DNA of 64,000 nt from Dehalococcoidia bacterium (GTDB taxonomy: Bacteria > Chloroflexota > Dehalococcoidia > UBA6926), in NCBI GenBank assembly GCA_034422835.1, contig DAOUJJ010000011.1, positions 2,942 to 66,941 of the forward strand, read 5' to 3'. Both the position numbers and the translations under genes were made by a program. A model generated the notes under the pieces. The model did not search any database. It was not told the origin of the DNA and saw nothing but the letters and a program-made list of their open reading frames with translations. This document shows, piece after piece, positions 41,545 through 50,514 of the stretch. Every line of letters starts with the position of its first letter. The stretch's first letter is position 1.

Positions 41545-41952
41545 TTGCTGTTCGTTGACTCCGATGTGCTTTTGGACGCTGCCCTGGAACGCGATTCTCA
41601 CTACGTCCCGTCGTTGCAGTTTCTTCAGTCCCTGAGGGAAGGGGCCGAGAAAGCATGCACATCATGGCATGCCGTCGCAAACGTCCATTACTTCGCTCGG
41701 GCAGGAGGACGTGAGAGATTTGCTCGGGCATACATCGAAGACATGATTAGCTTCATCGACATCGTTCCCACCGGCACAGACGACATTCGCTACGCCCTCT
41801 CACTCCCCATGTCCGACTTTGAAGATGCCATGCAGGTGGCTGCCGCAATCGCGGCAGGCGCTCGTCTGATCGTCACGCGGAATCTGGATGACTACGCTCA
41901 GTCTCCCATTCGCGTTATATCCCCGGCAGAAGCCGTCGCCGAATTATCCTGA
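41545..41952 (+). CDS. PIN-domain (VapC-like) toxin
   Basis: FVDSDVLLD, DFEDAMQVAAA, IVTRNLDDY; TTG start. Confidence 0.85.
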   Translation: MLFVDSDVLLDAALERDSHYVPSLQFLQSLREGAEKACTSWHAVANVHYFARAGGRERFARAYIEDMISFIDIVPTGTDDIRYALSLPMSDFEDAMQVAAAIAAGARLIVTRNLDDYAQSPIRVISPAEAVAELS

Positions 41953-42090
41953 ACCCCCACTCTCCGCCATCGCGTCTGCCCTAGAGCACGCTGACGGCGT
42001 TAACACAAACACCGCCAGTGTTGCCTTTGACATTAAGCTGCATTAATATGAATCGAGTCAGGGGGTCTGACGGCGATAGGGGGATTAGTC

Positions 42091-42999
42091 ATGGACTACC
42101 AGAATCTGCTCTATGAGAAGCAGCGCAACGGCGTGCTCATCACGCTGAACCGCCCGGAGGTGATGAACGCCATCTCCGATGAGTTGGATATTGAGCTTCA
42201 CCATGCCCTTGACGCCGCCGACGCCGACCCCGAGGTGCGCGCCATCGTCCTCACGGGAGCGGGGCAGGCCTTCTCCGCCGGATTCGACATCGCGGGCGGC
42301 GGCGCAGACTACGAATGGCCGTACGGCCTACCCAAGGGCTCAAACGTGGCTGCGGAGATCGACCGCTGGCGCACGCGCTTCTGGAAGAAGGAGCACGGCC
42401 GCATCGCCCGCGTCATCGACGAAATTGACACGCCGATCATCGCTGTTGTCAGCGGCTGGTGCATGGGTGGCGGCTCCTGGTATGCGCTGACCTCTCACAT
42501 CACCATCGCGGCGGAGGACGCCGTCTTTGGGCAGGTTGAAGTCCGCATGATCTCTGACGATAACTACATCTGGATCCACCACGCCGGCTACAAGAACGGC
42601 CTGCGGTATGCCCTCACCGGCGACCACATCGATGCGCAAGAGGCGCTCCGCATCGGCATCGTCAACAAGGTCGTCCCCACTAAGGACGACGCGCTGGAAG
42701 AGGCTTTTCAACTGGTAGAGCGGCTCGCCCTCGTGAGCCCTGAGACAGTGAAGATCAACCTTGCGGTGGCCATGCGCGGCCTTGAAACGATGGGCCTCCA
42801 TAACGTCATGCGTTACAACTCAGAGCTTGCCGCCGCCGTCATCATCTCCAAGCGCGAGGAATATACCCGGCCGCTTGAGGAGGCGCGCCAGGAAGGCGGT
42901 CTTCGAGCATTCATCCGCAAGCGTGACGAGCCGTTCCAGCCTGAGCCGTTCGGTCCTCGCTCCGCCAAGGCGCGAGAAGAGCGCGAAAAGGGCTCATGA
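42091..42999 (+). CDS. Enoyl-CoA hydratase/isomerase family protein
   Basis: ITLNRPEVMNAI, AFSAGFDI, GWCMGGG, LTGDHIDAQEALRIG. Confidence 0.9.
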   Translation: MDYQNLLYEKQRNGVLITLNRPEVMNAISDELDIELHHALDAADADPEVRAIVLTGAGQAFSAGFDIAGGGADYEWPYGLPKGSNVAAEIDRWRTRFWKKEHGRIARVIDEIDTPIIAVVSGWCMGGGSWYALTSHITIAAEDAVFGQVEVRMISDDNYIWIHHAGYKNGLRYALTGDHIDAQEALRIGIVNKVVPTKDDALEEAFQLVERLALVSPETVKINLAVAMRGLETMGLHNVMRYNSELAAAVIISKREEYTRPLEEARQEGGLRAFIRKRDEPFQPEPFGPRSAKAREEREKGS

Positions 43000-43583
43000 T
43001 CTGCGCTAGAGGGAGCGGCGGGCTGTGAGCCTCCTCCGTTTCGCCGCCGCGCCGGACAGCATCCCTTCTCGTACGACGCCTGAGCGAGTTGCTTTGGCGT
43101 ATCTCAGTTGCGCACGCACGCGTTTGCGACTGCGTGCCTCCTCTTTGCTCACAATCCAACCTGCCTCAGCTTCACAGAACTCACGCAGCGGCGTGGTTCT
43201 ACTCAGCGTAAAGACCGAGAATCAGACCTCGACTGGTACCCTTCCCGCCGTCACGCCTGCCTGTGTCAGAACCATAGCCGCCCTCACGTCGCTCGCACGC
43301 AGGCGAAGGAACGGCTATACAGCTCCGCTCACGCCGGAGTCCTGCACTCTGGGGCAGGCGGCGTTTTGGCAGTACAAGCCGGAGAAAAGGTGTGTCTGCC
43401 ATGACGCATCCACCCCGGAACAACTCTCACCATCACACGAGACGGCGGTGCATGGCCCGACCGTTATCCGACACGCTCATCGACGCAGCCGACCGAGATT
43501 TCGGTCTGCATATCGACTGCCCCGATTACCGAACGCTCCAATTGGCGTTGAAAACCGTTTCTTCGTTCAATTGGAGGTAACTC

Positions 43584-44723
43584 ATGTTTCGGTTACTGAT
43601 TGGACTCATTGGAGTCCTGCTATTGATTGCGGCGGTGGGTTGCGAAAGCGAACCTGATCCCACGGCCCGCCCCGCGCCCACGACCCCACCGGTGTCGACC
43701 TCGACGCCGCGCCCTGCCCCGACGAACACACCGGAATCAATGACGTCGACTTCCGGTCCAACCGCGACACCTGTCGTCATTGTTGAAGAGGCCGACCCCG
43801 GTGAGCTTGTGGTCTACTCCGGCCGCAGCGAAAGCCTGGTTGGCCCGATCATCGAGCAGTTCGCAGAGGCGACCGGCATCGATGTTAGCGTCAAGTACGG
43901 CAGCACGTCCGAAGTCGCCGCCACAATCCTCGAAGAGGGCGCAAACACACCGGCGGACATCTTCTTCGCGCAGGACCCGGGCGGACTCGCAGCGGTGGAG
44001 TCGATGTTTGCGACACTGCCAAACGATGTACTGAGCCTCGTTCCCGCCAACTTCCGTTCGCCGGACGGCAAGTGGATAGGACTGTCGGGACGAGCGCGCG
44101 TCATCGTGTACAACACACGCACCGTTTCACCGAATGAATTGCCCGCTGACCTGCGCGGGTTTACGGATCCGAAATGGCAGGGCCGCATCGGCTGGCCGCC
44201 CACCAACGGTTCATTCCAGGCCATGGTGACGGCAATGCGCGTCATCTGGGGCGAGGATGAAACACGGGCATGGCTGGAGGGAATCCTGGCGAATAACCCG
44301 CAGATCTACCCCAAGAACACGCCAACGGTTGCGGCAGCCGGCGCGGGGGAGATCGACGTTGGATTCGTCAATCACTACTACCTCTACCGCTTCCTGGCTG
44401 AAGAGGGCGAGGGCTTTGCGGCGCGCAACGCCCACCTCTCCGGCGGCGGGCCCGGCGCGATGATCCTCGTGGCCGGAGCGGGAGTGCTGGACGATTCCGC
44501 GAATAGCGAGAACGCAATCAAGTTCATTGAGTTCATGCTGTCGCCCGTCGCCCAGCAATACTTTGCCGGATCGACCTACGAGTACCCGCTCGTTGAGGGC
44601 GTTAACGTCAACCGGCTGCTGACGCCGCTGGACGCAATCAACGCGCCCGAGGTGGACATGGCAGACCTTGGAGACCTTGAGGGCACGCTCGACCTGCTGC
44701 GTGACACAGGGGTGCTTCCCTAG
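43584..44723 (+). CDS. Fe3+ ABC transporter substrate-binding lipoprotein (FutA/FbpA-like)
   Basis: Lipobox AVGC, PT-rich linker, LVVYSGR, GLSGRARV, NHYYLYR. Confidence 0.88.
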   Translation: MFRLLIGLIGVLLLIAAVGCESEPDPTARPAPTTPPVSTSTPRPAPTNTPESMTSTSGPTATPVVIVEEADPGELVVYSGRSESLVGPIIEQFAEATGIDVSVKYGSTSEVAATILEEGANTPADIFFAQDPGGLAAVESMFATLPNDVLSLVPANFRSPDGKWIGLSGRARVIVYNTRTVSPNELPADLRGFTDPKWQGRIGWPPTNGSFQAMVTAMRVIWGEDETRAWLEGILANNPQIYPKNTPTVAAAGAGEIDVGFVNHYYLYRFLAEEGEGFAARNAHLSGGGPGAMILVAGAGVLDDSANSENAIKFIEFMLSPVAQQYFAGSTYEYPLVEGVNVNRLLTPLDAINAPEVDMADLGDLEGTLDLLRDTGVLP

Positions 44724-46358
44724 ATGAGCACAACGGCGGTCGACCTTGGGAACGAACGCGCTGTCTCCAGGCGCGCCCGGGGTCGGCCGCCGCTGTCACT
44801 TGCACTGTCCGCTTCACTCCTCGGGGCGGCCGTGTTATTGCCCGTCATCTACCTGGGCATTCGGACGTTTGAGGCGGGATCAGAAACGCTGGTAGACGTC
44901 CTGGTTCGCCCCCGCGTTGGGGCCATCATCCTTCGCAGCTTTGTGCTCGTGGCGATTGTCGCAGCCGCGTCCGCCGTCCTGGCGCTTGCCCTGGGCTGGC
45001 TTATCGAACGGACAGACTTGCCTCTGCGCCGTATGTGGAGCGTTCTCACCGCCCTGCCGCTCGTCATTCCCAGCTACATCATGGCGTTCCTGTTTATCTC
45101 CGTTTTTGCGCCGCGCGGCATGGCACAGCGAATCGTCGCAGAACCGTTCGGCATCCAGGAGATACCGTCGTTTTATGGATTGCCCGGCGCCGCCATTGTC
45201 ATAATCCTTGTGACGTATCCGTACACGCTGCTGACGGTTCGCGCCGCCCTGAGAGGATCGGGCCGCGCGCTCGAAGACGCGTCACGCACGCTGGGCAAGG
45301 GGCCGTGGGAAACGTTTTTTCGCGTCACCCTGCCACAGCTGAGGCCCGCTCTCGCCTCCGGCAGCCTGCTGGTCGCGCTCTACACCATCAGTGATTTCGG
45401 CGCGGTCTCATTGCTCCGGTTCGAGACCTTTACCTGGGCCATCTACGTCCAATACACCAGCTACGTTGACCGAACTGCCGCCGCCGCGCTGTCATTGGTG
45501 CTCGTCGGCTTTGCCATCGTGATATTCCTCGCCGCAACGAGGGTTCATGGTGAACAGGCGCTTGAGGAAACGCATCAGGCGGAGCTTGGCGGCGCGGACC
45601 AACCGTCGGTCCCGCTGGGCAGATGGAAATACCCTGCCCTTGCGTTCTGCTCACTGACCACGTTCGTTGCGCTGGTCATCCCGATGGCCGTTCTCCTGTT
45701 CTGGCTCATTCGCGGCGTAAGCGCAGGCGAGGAATTGGGCGCCGTCTGGGGTCCCGCCATCAACTCTGCGATGGTCTCAGGCGCGGCGGCCATAGTCGCC
45801 GTGGCGGCAGCGCTGCCGGTGGTTGTTCTCGCCGTGCGCTTTCCCGGGTTCTTTAGCAGCGCGATCGATCGTGTGAGCCACATGGGCTTCGCGCTGCCCG
45901 GCCTCGTGATCGCCCTTGCCCTTGTCTTCTTTGGTTCTCGACTGGCCCCCGCCCTCTACCAGACGCACGTCATGCTGATCTTCGCGTACCTGGTGTTGTT
46001 CGTGCCGGTGGCGATGGGGCCCCTGCGCTCATCCCTGTTCCAGGTCAACCCGCGTGTCGAGGAAGTCGGCAGAACTCTTGGTAAGCGCCCTTTACACGTG
46101 TTTAGTACAATTACAATGCCTCTGCTGCGCCCCGGCATCCTCGCCGGCAGCGCGCTCGTATTCCTAAGCGCTATGAAGGAGCTTCCAGCCACCTTGCTTC
46201 TCAGTCCACTCGATTTCGGCAACCTCGCAACCAGGGTCTGGGCCGCAAGTTCAGAGGCGTTCTTTGCGCAAGCCGCCCTACCCGCCCTGCTGCTTGTTGT
46301 CATTTCCGCCCTCCCGATGGTTTTCCTCATCGGCCGAGGCAGGAGCCGACGCGCATGA
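44724..46358 (+). CDS. Fe3+ ABC transporter permease (FbpB-like)
   Basis: Two ABC permease halves with EAA loops (LEDASRTLG, VEEVGRTLG). Confidence 0.88.
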   Translation: MSTTAVDLGNERAVSRRARGRPPLSLALSASLLGAAVLLPVIYLGIRTFEAGSETLVDVLVRPRVGAIILRSFVLVAIVAAASAVLALALGWLIERTDLPLRRMWSVLTALPLVIPSYIMAFLFISVFAPRGMAQRIVAEPFGIQEIPSFYGLPGAAIVIILVTYPYTLLTVRAALRGSGRALEDASRTLGKGPWETFFRVTLPQLRPALASGSLLVALYTISDFGAVSLLRFETFTWAIYVQYTSYVDRTAAAALSLVLVGFAIVIFLAATRVHGEQALEETHQAELGGADQPSVPLGRWKYPALAFCSLTTFVALVIPMAVLLFWLIRGVSAGEELGAVWGPAINSAMVSGAAAIVAVAAALPVVVLAVRFPGFFSSAIDRVSHMGFALPGLVIALALVFFGSRLAPALYQTHVMLIFAYLVLFVPVAMGPLRSSLFQVNPRVEEVGRTLGKRPLHVFSTITMPLLRPGILAGSALVFLSAMKELPATLLLSPLDFGNLATRVWAASSEAFFAQAALPALLLVVISALPMVFLIGRGRSRRA

Positions 46359-47440
46359 CAAGCCTCGAACAGTCTGAAAATGTCATGCTCCGCTGCGTTG
46401 GGGTGACGAAGCAGTACGCGCCCTCCGGCGCGGGGGCGCGCGATGTTTCCCTTGAGGTCACGGAGGGGCAGATTCTCGCGCTCGTCGGCCCAAGCGGCTG
46501 CGGCAAGACCACGCTGCTGCGCGTCATTGCCGGTCTTGAAAACCCTGACGCGGGGACTGTCGAGGTGGACGGCAAGACGGTCACGGCGAAAGACGTCTTC
46601 GTACAGCCGGAATATCGCAGCGTGGGTTTCGTCTTCCAGGACTATGCCCTCTTTCCGCACATGACTGTCGCCAAGAACATCCTGTACGGACTGCCAAAGA
46701 ACGCCGCCGGCCGTGAGGAGCGCATGGACGAACTGCTGACGCTCGTCGGGTTGAGCGGGATGCAGAACCGACGCCCCCATGAACTCTCCGGCGGCGAGCG
46801 GCAGAGGGTGGCGCTCGCCCGCGCGCTCGCTCCTGCGCCAAAGATCCTGCTGATGGATGAACCGTTCTCAAATCTTGATCCCAACCTGAGCGCCCGCTTG
46901 CAGCTGGAGGTGCGTGAAATCCTGCTTGAGGCGGGCATCACGGTGGTTTTCGTGACGCACGATCAGGAGGCGGCATTGTCCATGGGTGATGTCATCGCCG
47001 TCATGGATCGAGGACGCATCCAGCAGGTCGGAGCGCCGGACATGGCATTCCACCGCCCCGTCAACCGCTTCGTCGCCGCGTTCCTCGGAGAGGCCGACTT
47101 CATCCCGGCAGAGCCGACGGCAGTTGAATCACGAGTGTTGACGGAGCTGGGAGAGGCGGAGGTGACCGGCGGGTTGACGCTTGATGGCGAGGCCGACGTG
47201 GACTTGATGGTGAGGCCGGAAGACCTGTCTATCAGCGCGGATGATATTGGAAACGGTCGCGTCGTTGGGCGGATTTTCAGCGGGGCATTCTACGGATACA
47301 ACGTGGAATTGGATTCCGGGGTTGTGTGCCGCGCCATGGCCTCCCATGCAAACGCCATCGAGGTGGGGGCGCGGGTGAGTCTTCGCATCACCGCAGGCCA
47401 TCCCCTGCCCGCCTTTCCCCGAGAAGCACGCGAGTACTGA
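46355..47440 (+). CDS. Fe3+ ABC transporter ATP-binding protein (FbpC-like)
   Basis: GPSGCGKTT, LSGGERQR, LMDEPFS, TOBE-like C-terminus. Confidence 0.9.
   Translation: MTSLEQSENVMLRCVGVTKQYAPSGAGARDVSLEVTEGQILALVGPSGCGKTTLLRVIAGLENPDAGTVEVDGKTVTAKDVFVQPEYRSVGFVFQDYALFPHMTVAKNILYGLPKNAAGREERMDELLTLVGLSGMQNRRPHELSGGERQRVALARALAPAPKILLMDEPFSNLDPNLSARLQLEVREILLEAGITVVFVTHDQEAALSMGDVIAVMDRGRIQQVGAPDMAFHRPVNRFVAAFLGEADFIPAEPTAVESRVLTELGEAEVTGGLTLDGEADVDLMVRPEDLSISADDIGNGRVVGRIFSGAFYGYNVELDSGVVCRAMASHANAIEVGARVSLRITAGHPLPAFPREAREY
47369..47425 (+). repeat. Direct repeat, left copy (3' end of the fbpC-like gene)
   Basis: 57 bp, 54 identical to 49771-49827. Confidence 0.95.
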
Positions 47441-47457
47441 ATGCAGTAAGCTGGCCT

Positions 47458-48426
47458 TTACGAGTCTCTATCCCTCTTTGCCCGCCAGCCTCGGCAGCGA
47501 ATCTTTGAGCATCGCCATCTATCCTCATGAGTAATCATAAATCCGTCGCATACAAGGCATCTAGGAGAGGGATCTATACTAAATCGGCCAGGCGCACGAC
47601 CGCTTTCCACATTCATAGCAGCCTTCCGGCTCAAATGCACGAGGTCCGCTAAAGATACTAGGCGCATTCTTCGTGTCACTCCTGATAGCCAAATCGCTTC
47701 CTCAGTGAATCCTGAAGACGATACAAGAATCGCTTCGTTATAGTCTCTAAGAGAACGCCCAAGCCGTCGTGCCTTGGAACGTTGGTACACAGGCAACCGC
47801 TCCATCCGACGCACTTCGTCAAGATCATCAACATCTTTTCGGTCAATTGGTTTGCTATGTGCCTTGCACTGAACGACAGTGATTATGTCATCAATAGTTA
47901 AGAGCAAATCAATACCACCATCCCCATAGGGATACGTAAGGCTTACGTCATAACCTAGATCGCTATACAGCAACCCCACTTCTGTCTCGAACTCTCGCCA
48001 GTCGAGTGAAAGCCAAAAGTCTTCATGAAATCGCTGTCTGGCTAAGCCCAGTCTATCCCTGTGGTTAATCTCTCCCAGCCGGCCCAAAAAGTCTTCCCGA
48101 TCAGCCTTGTATTCTTTATAAGCCTGTTCGAATTGCTTGCTCTTTGCGATAATTGTTTCGGTCAACACAAGGGGCGTCTCTGTAGGTGTAGGTGCAGGAG
48201 GAGGATCAAATAACCAGCTCCGAATTTTCTCAATGATGCCCGTACCTTGAGGCTGCGGGGCTACCTGCGTAACTTCCTGCTCCTCGGGCTCCTGCACCTC
48301 ATCTTTGTATACCCACTTCAAATAGAGTTTGTATTCTCGGTAAGTAAGGCCAAACCACCAAAGCGACGGTGGCATAGGAAGATCAATATCCTCCTTGTCA
48401 TAGACTCCCATTACCTTCTCCTCCAC
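47458..48426 (-). CDS. Mrr-like restriction endonuclease with C-terminal Zn-ribbon-like motif
   Basis: LDWREFE..VGLLYSDLGY, YGDGGIDLL..VVQCKAH, ILVSSSGFTEEA; CLVCDG...CSKIRC. Confidence 0.8.
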   Translation of the reverse strand: MEEKVMGVYDKEDIDLPMPPSLWWFGLTYREYKLYLKWVYKDEVQEPEEQEVTQVAPQPQGTGIIEKIRSWLFDPPPAPTPTETPLVLTETIIAKSKQFEQAYKEYKADREDFLGRLGEINHRDRLGLARQRFHEDFWLSLDWREFETEVGLLYSDLGYDVSLTYPYGDGGIDLLLTIDDIITVVQCKAHSKPIDRKDVDDLDEVRRMERLPVYQRSKARRLGRSLRDYNEAILVSSSGFTEEAIWLSGVTRRMRLVSLADLVHLSRKAAMNVESGRAPGRFSIDPSPRCLVCDGFMITHEDRWRCSKIRCRGWRAKRDRDS

Positions 48427-48469
48427 CTAACCCAGCAACTCTCCATGCATTCTCGCCGGAACGGGGTGT

Positions 48470-48485
48470 TTGCGCAATTGCGCAA
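48470..48485. promoter_or_regulatory. Perfect 16-bp palindrome in the divergent mrr/HTH promoter region
   Basis: TTGCGCAATTGCGCAA. Confidence 0.6.
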
Positions 48486-48505
48486 CTTAATGGAAAATAG
48501 TGGGT

Positions 48506-48805
48506 ATGAGTGCCGCTGAGCCCATAGGTGAACGAATTAGGCACGAACGCTTGCAGCGGGACATGACTCAGCGTGAACTCGCCAACCAGGTGGGTGTCGG
48601 AGTACCCTACATATCCAAAATCGAGGCTGGTCGGGAGAGGCCGAGCGATGAAGTGCTACGCAAGGTAGCAGAGGTCTTTGAGTGGAACGTAGATGAGTTC
48701 CTTTTGGCTGCAGGGAGATTGCCTGCTGACTTGATAGATGAGTTCGCGTCTGACCCCCGAGCAGCGCTTGAATACCTGAGAAGGTGGAGGTCCACTGACA
48801 ACTGA
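48506..48805 (+). CDS. XRE-family HTH regulator
   Basis: GERIRHERLQRDMTQRELANQVGVGVPYISKIEAG. Confidence 0.9.
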   Translation: MSAAEPIGERIRHERLQRDMTQRELANQVGVGVPYISKIEAGRERPSDEVLRKVAEVFEWNVDEFLLAAGRLPADLIDEFASDPRAALEYLRRWRSTDN

Positions 48806-49395
48806 TGCCACGCCGAACTTTTCCTCGCACAGACGAGCATCACGCAAAGGCCGCAACACAAGTGTTTTTGAAGCACTCAGCTACGACTGGAACAACTATT
48901 GCGTTGCCGATACCGATTGAGATGATTATTGAAAAGACTTATGGCCTAACTATCTCGTGGGAGGAACTAAAGGAAGCCGAGGGCGAGAGTTTACTTGGCG
49001 CCCTAGCACCACGAGCCCGTAAGATAATATTGAATTCACGTCACCAAGCTATGTTCGAAGAGTTCATAGGGCCCGAGCGGTTCACGCTTGCCCACGAGTT
49101 GGCGCACTGGATCTACGACGCGGACTCGCCTGAACAACTAACGTTTGAACTGAACCAAGTGGATGAGGATATCCACTGTCACCATCACGAATCACCGGGG
49201 CTAACAGAGACTCTGCGAGTCAGAGAGATGAACGCCAACAAGCTTGCGGCTCATATCCTGATGCCTGACAACCTGGTTATGCAGGCCTATCACGGCGGAC
49301 AAATCTGTGATCTCACTGAAACCGCTCGAAATTGGGGGGTGTCTCGGACCGCGTTACAGATTCGCCTTGAGAGTATGGGCCTATCACTGCTCTAG
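48805..49395 (+). CDS. ImmA/IrrE-family Zn metallopeptidase
   Basis: RFTLAHELAHW (HExxH), EMNANKLAAHILMP, C-terminal HTH WGVSRTAL; 1-nt overlap with the HTH stop. Confidence 0.9.
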   Translation: MPRRTFPRTDEHHAKAATQVFLKHSATTGTTIALPIPIEMIIEKTYGLTISWEELKEAEGESLLGALAPRARKIILNSRHQAMFEEFIGPERFTLAHELAHWIYDADSPEQLTFELNQVDEDIHCHHHESPGLTETLRVREMNANKLAAHILMPDNLVMQAYHGGQICDLTETARNWGVSRTALQIRLESMGLSLL

Positions 49396-49445
49396 GATAG
49401 CGAGTCCGGAATCCGCTCTGAGGACTTGCGTCATCACGCAACAAT

Positions 49446-49471
49446 TGTTATTGTGTGTGTGCGCAATAACA
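49446..49471. promoter_or_regulatory. 8-10-8 inverted repeat upstream of the DUF3892-like gene
   Basis: TGTTATTG-N10-CAATAACA, containing GTGTGTGCGCAAT. Confidence 0.5.
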
Positions 49472-49495
49472 CAAAGATACTCTAAGGAGGGAACG

Positions 49496-49750
49496 ATGGC
49501 AGATCTACGGGTAACTATGACGGGCAAGACGCTGTCGGGAGCCATAACTTCGTTGTGCGGGGGATGGGGTCAGGCCGCTGTCTGGCAAGCGATCAATTAC
49601 ATTGAGTCTCATACGCATACATTCTATGTTCGAGATACATATGGGCAGAGGGCAGACATTCATGTGGTCAACGGCCCTCTAGGGAAGTACTTGCGTACTG
49701 ACCCAAATTCGAGTTGCTCGGATAACCTACAGACCCTTCCCAATTGCTGA
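49496..49750 (+). CDS. DUF3892-like small protein
   Basis: AINYIES...FYV...G.RAD..V...KYLRT...DNL..LP.C pattern; SD TAAGGAGG. Confidence 0.7.
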   Translation: MADLRVTMTGKTLSGAITSLCGGWGQAAVWQAINYIESHTHTFYVRDTYGQRADIHVVNGPLGKYLRTDPNSSCSDNLQTLPNC

Positions 49751-49770
49751 GGCTCGTGTCCTTCTACAGC

Positions 49771-49827
49771 GCGCGGGTGAGTCTTCGCATCACTGCAGGC
49801 CATCCCCTGCCCGCCTTTCCGCGGGAA
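49771..49827 (+). repeat. Direct repeat, right copy (encodes the same 19 aa as the fbpC-like tail)
   Basis: ARVSLRITAGHPLPAFPRE; the three differences from the left copy are all synonymous. Confidence 0.95.
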
Positions 49828-49832
49828 CCTGC

Positions 49833-49894
49833 CCGTTCGCCCTGAGCCTGTCGAAGGGTGAACCATCATGGTTCGACAAGCTCACCACGAACGG
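49833..49894. repeat. REP-like palindromic element, copy 1
   Basis: CCGTTCGCCCTGAGCCTGTCGAA ... TTCGACAAGCTCACCACGAACGG. Confidence 0.8.
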
Positions 49895-49957
49895 CACGGC
49901 CCACCTTGCCCCGCTGCCGTGCGCCGACTATAATCCGCTACACGGAGGCACGGGACA

Positions 49958-50188
49958 ATGCCGATTTTCGAGTACGGATGCAAGACCTGCGGCAAAGACT
50001 TCGATAAGTTCGTTCGCGGGTACAACACCCCCGTCGGCGTGACCTGCCCCGTCTGCGAGAGTGAAGAGGTTGAGCGCAAGATGTCCGCCGTTGGAGTGAC
50101 GGGCGTCTGGCAGAGCAACGCTCCCCAGTTTGAGATGCCCAAGCCCCAGCGAGTGCGGCCGGACGACCCGTTCCGCTGCATCGCCTGA
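49958..50188 (+). CDS. FmdB-family zinc-ribbon protein 1
   Basis: MPIFEYGCKTCG...CPVCES. Confidence 0.85.
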   Translation: MPIFEYGCKTCGKDFDKFVRGYNTPVGVTCPVCESEEVERKMSAVGVTGVWQSNAPQFEMPKPQRVRPDDPFRCIA

Positions 50189-50235
50189 ACCGGTTCGCAA
50201 CGGGATCATTTCCGACGATACGGCGAGCCTGAACA

Positions 50236-50481
50236 ATGCCCCTCTTCGAGTACGAGTGCCGCGCTTGTGACGGTCATTTCGAGAAACTGACGCGCAACAT
50301 CAACGCGGAGCCGGGCGAGGTTGCATGCCCCGGCTGCGGCTCCACTGATACGTACAAGGTTATCTCGCTGTTTGGCATGACCAGCGGCAGTTCGGATTCC
50401 GGCTTTGGTTTCCCCGGCATGGCCGGCGTTGGGGGCGGTCAAGCCGGGCACGCCCATACCCCCGGCGCCTGCTCCACTTGA
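50236..50481 (+). CDS. FmdB-family zinc-ribbon protein 2
   Basis: MPLFEYECRACD...CPGCGS. Confidence 0.85.
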   Translation: MPLFEYECRACDGHFEKLTRNINAEPGEVACPGCGSTDTYKVISLFGMTSGSSDSGFGFPGMAGVGGGQAGHAHTPGACST

Positions 50482-50514
50482 CTCTAGTCGCCTAACGCCC
50501 CGTGCGGGCGTGTC

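Larger units (their letters stand above)
47369..49827. mobile_element. Integrase-less defence-like islet bounded by direct repeats
   Basis: 57-bp direct repeats 2402 bp apart; interior visibly more AT-rich; four accessory genes. Confidence 0.7.

Noticed and set aside
42027-42053. TTGACA promoter for the enoyl-CoA hydratase
   Set aside because: No -10 hexamer at a 16-18 nt spacing.
43025-43657. 210-aa plus-strand ORF
   Set aside because: No motif or SD, atypical composition, and it overlaps the real binding-protein start in another frame.
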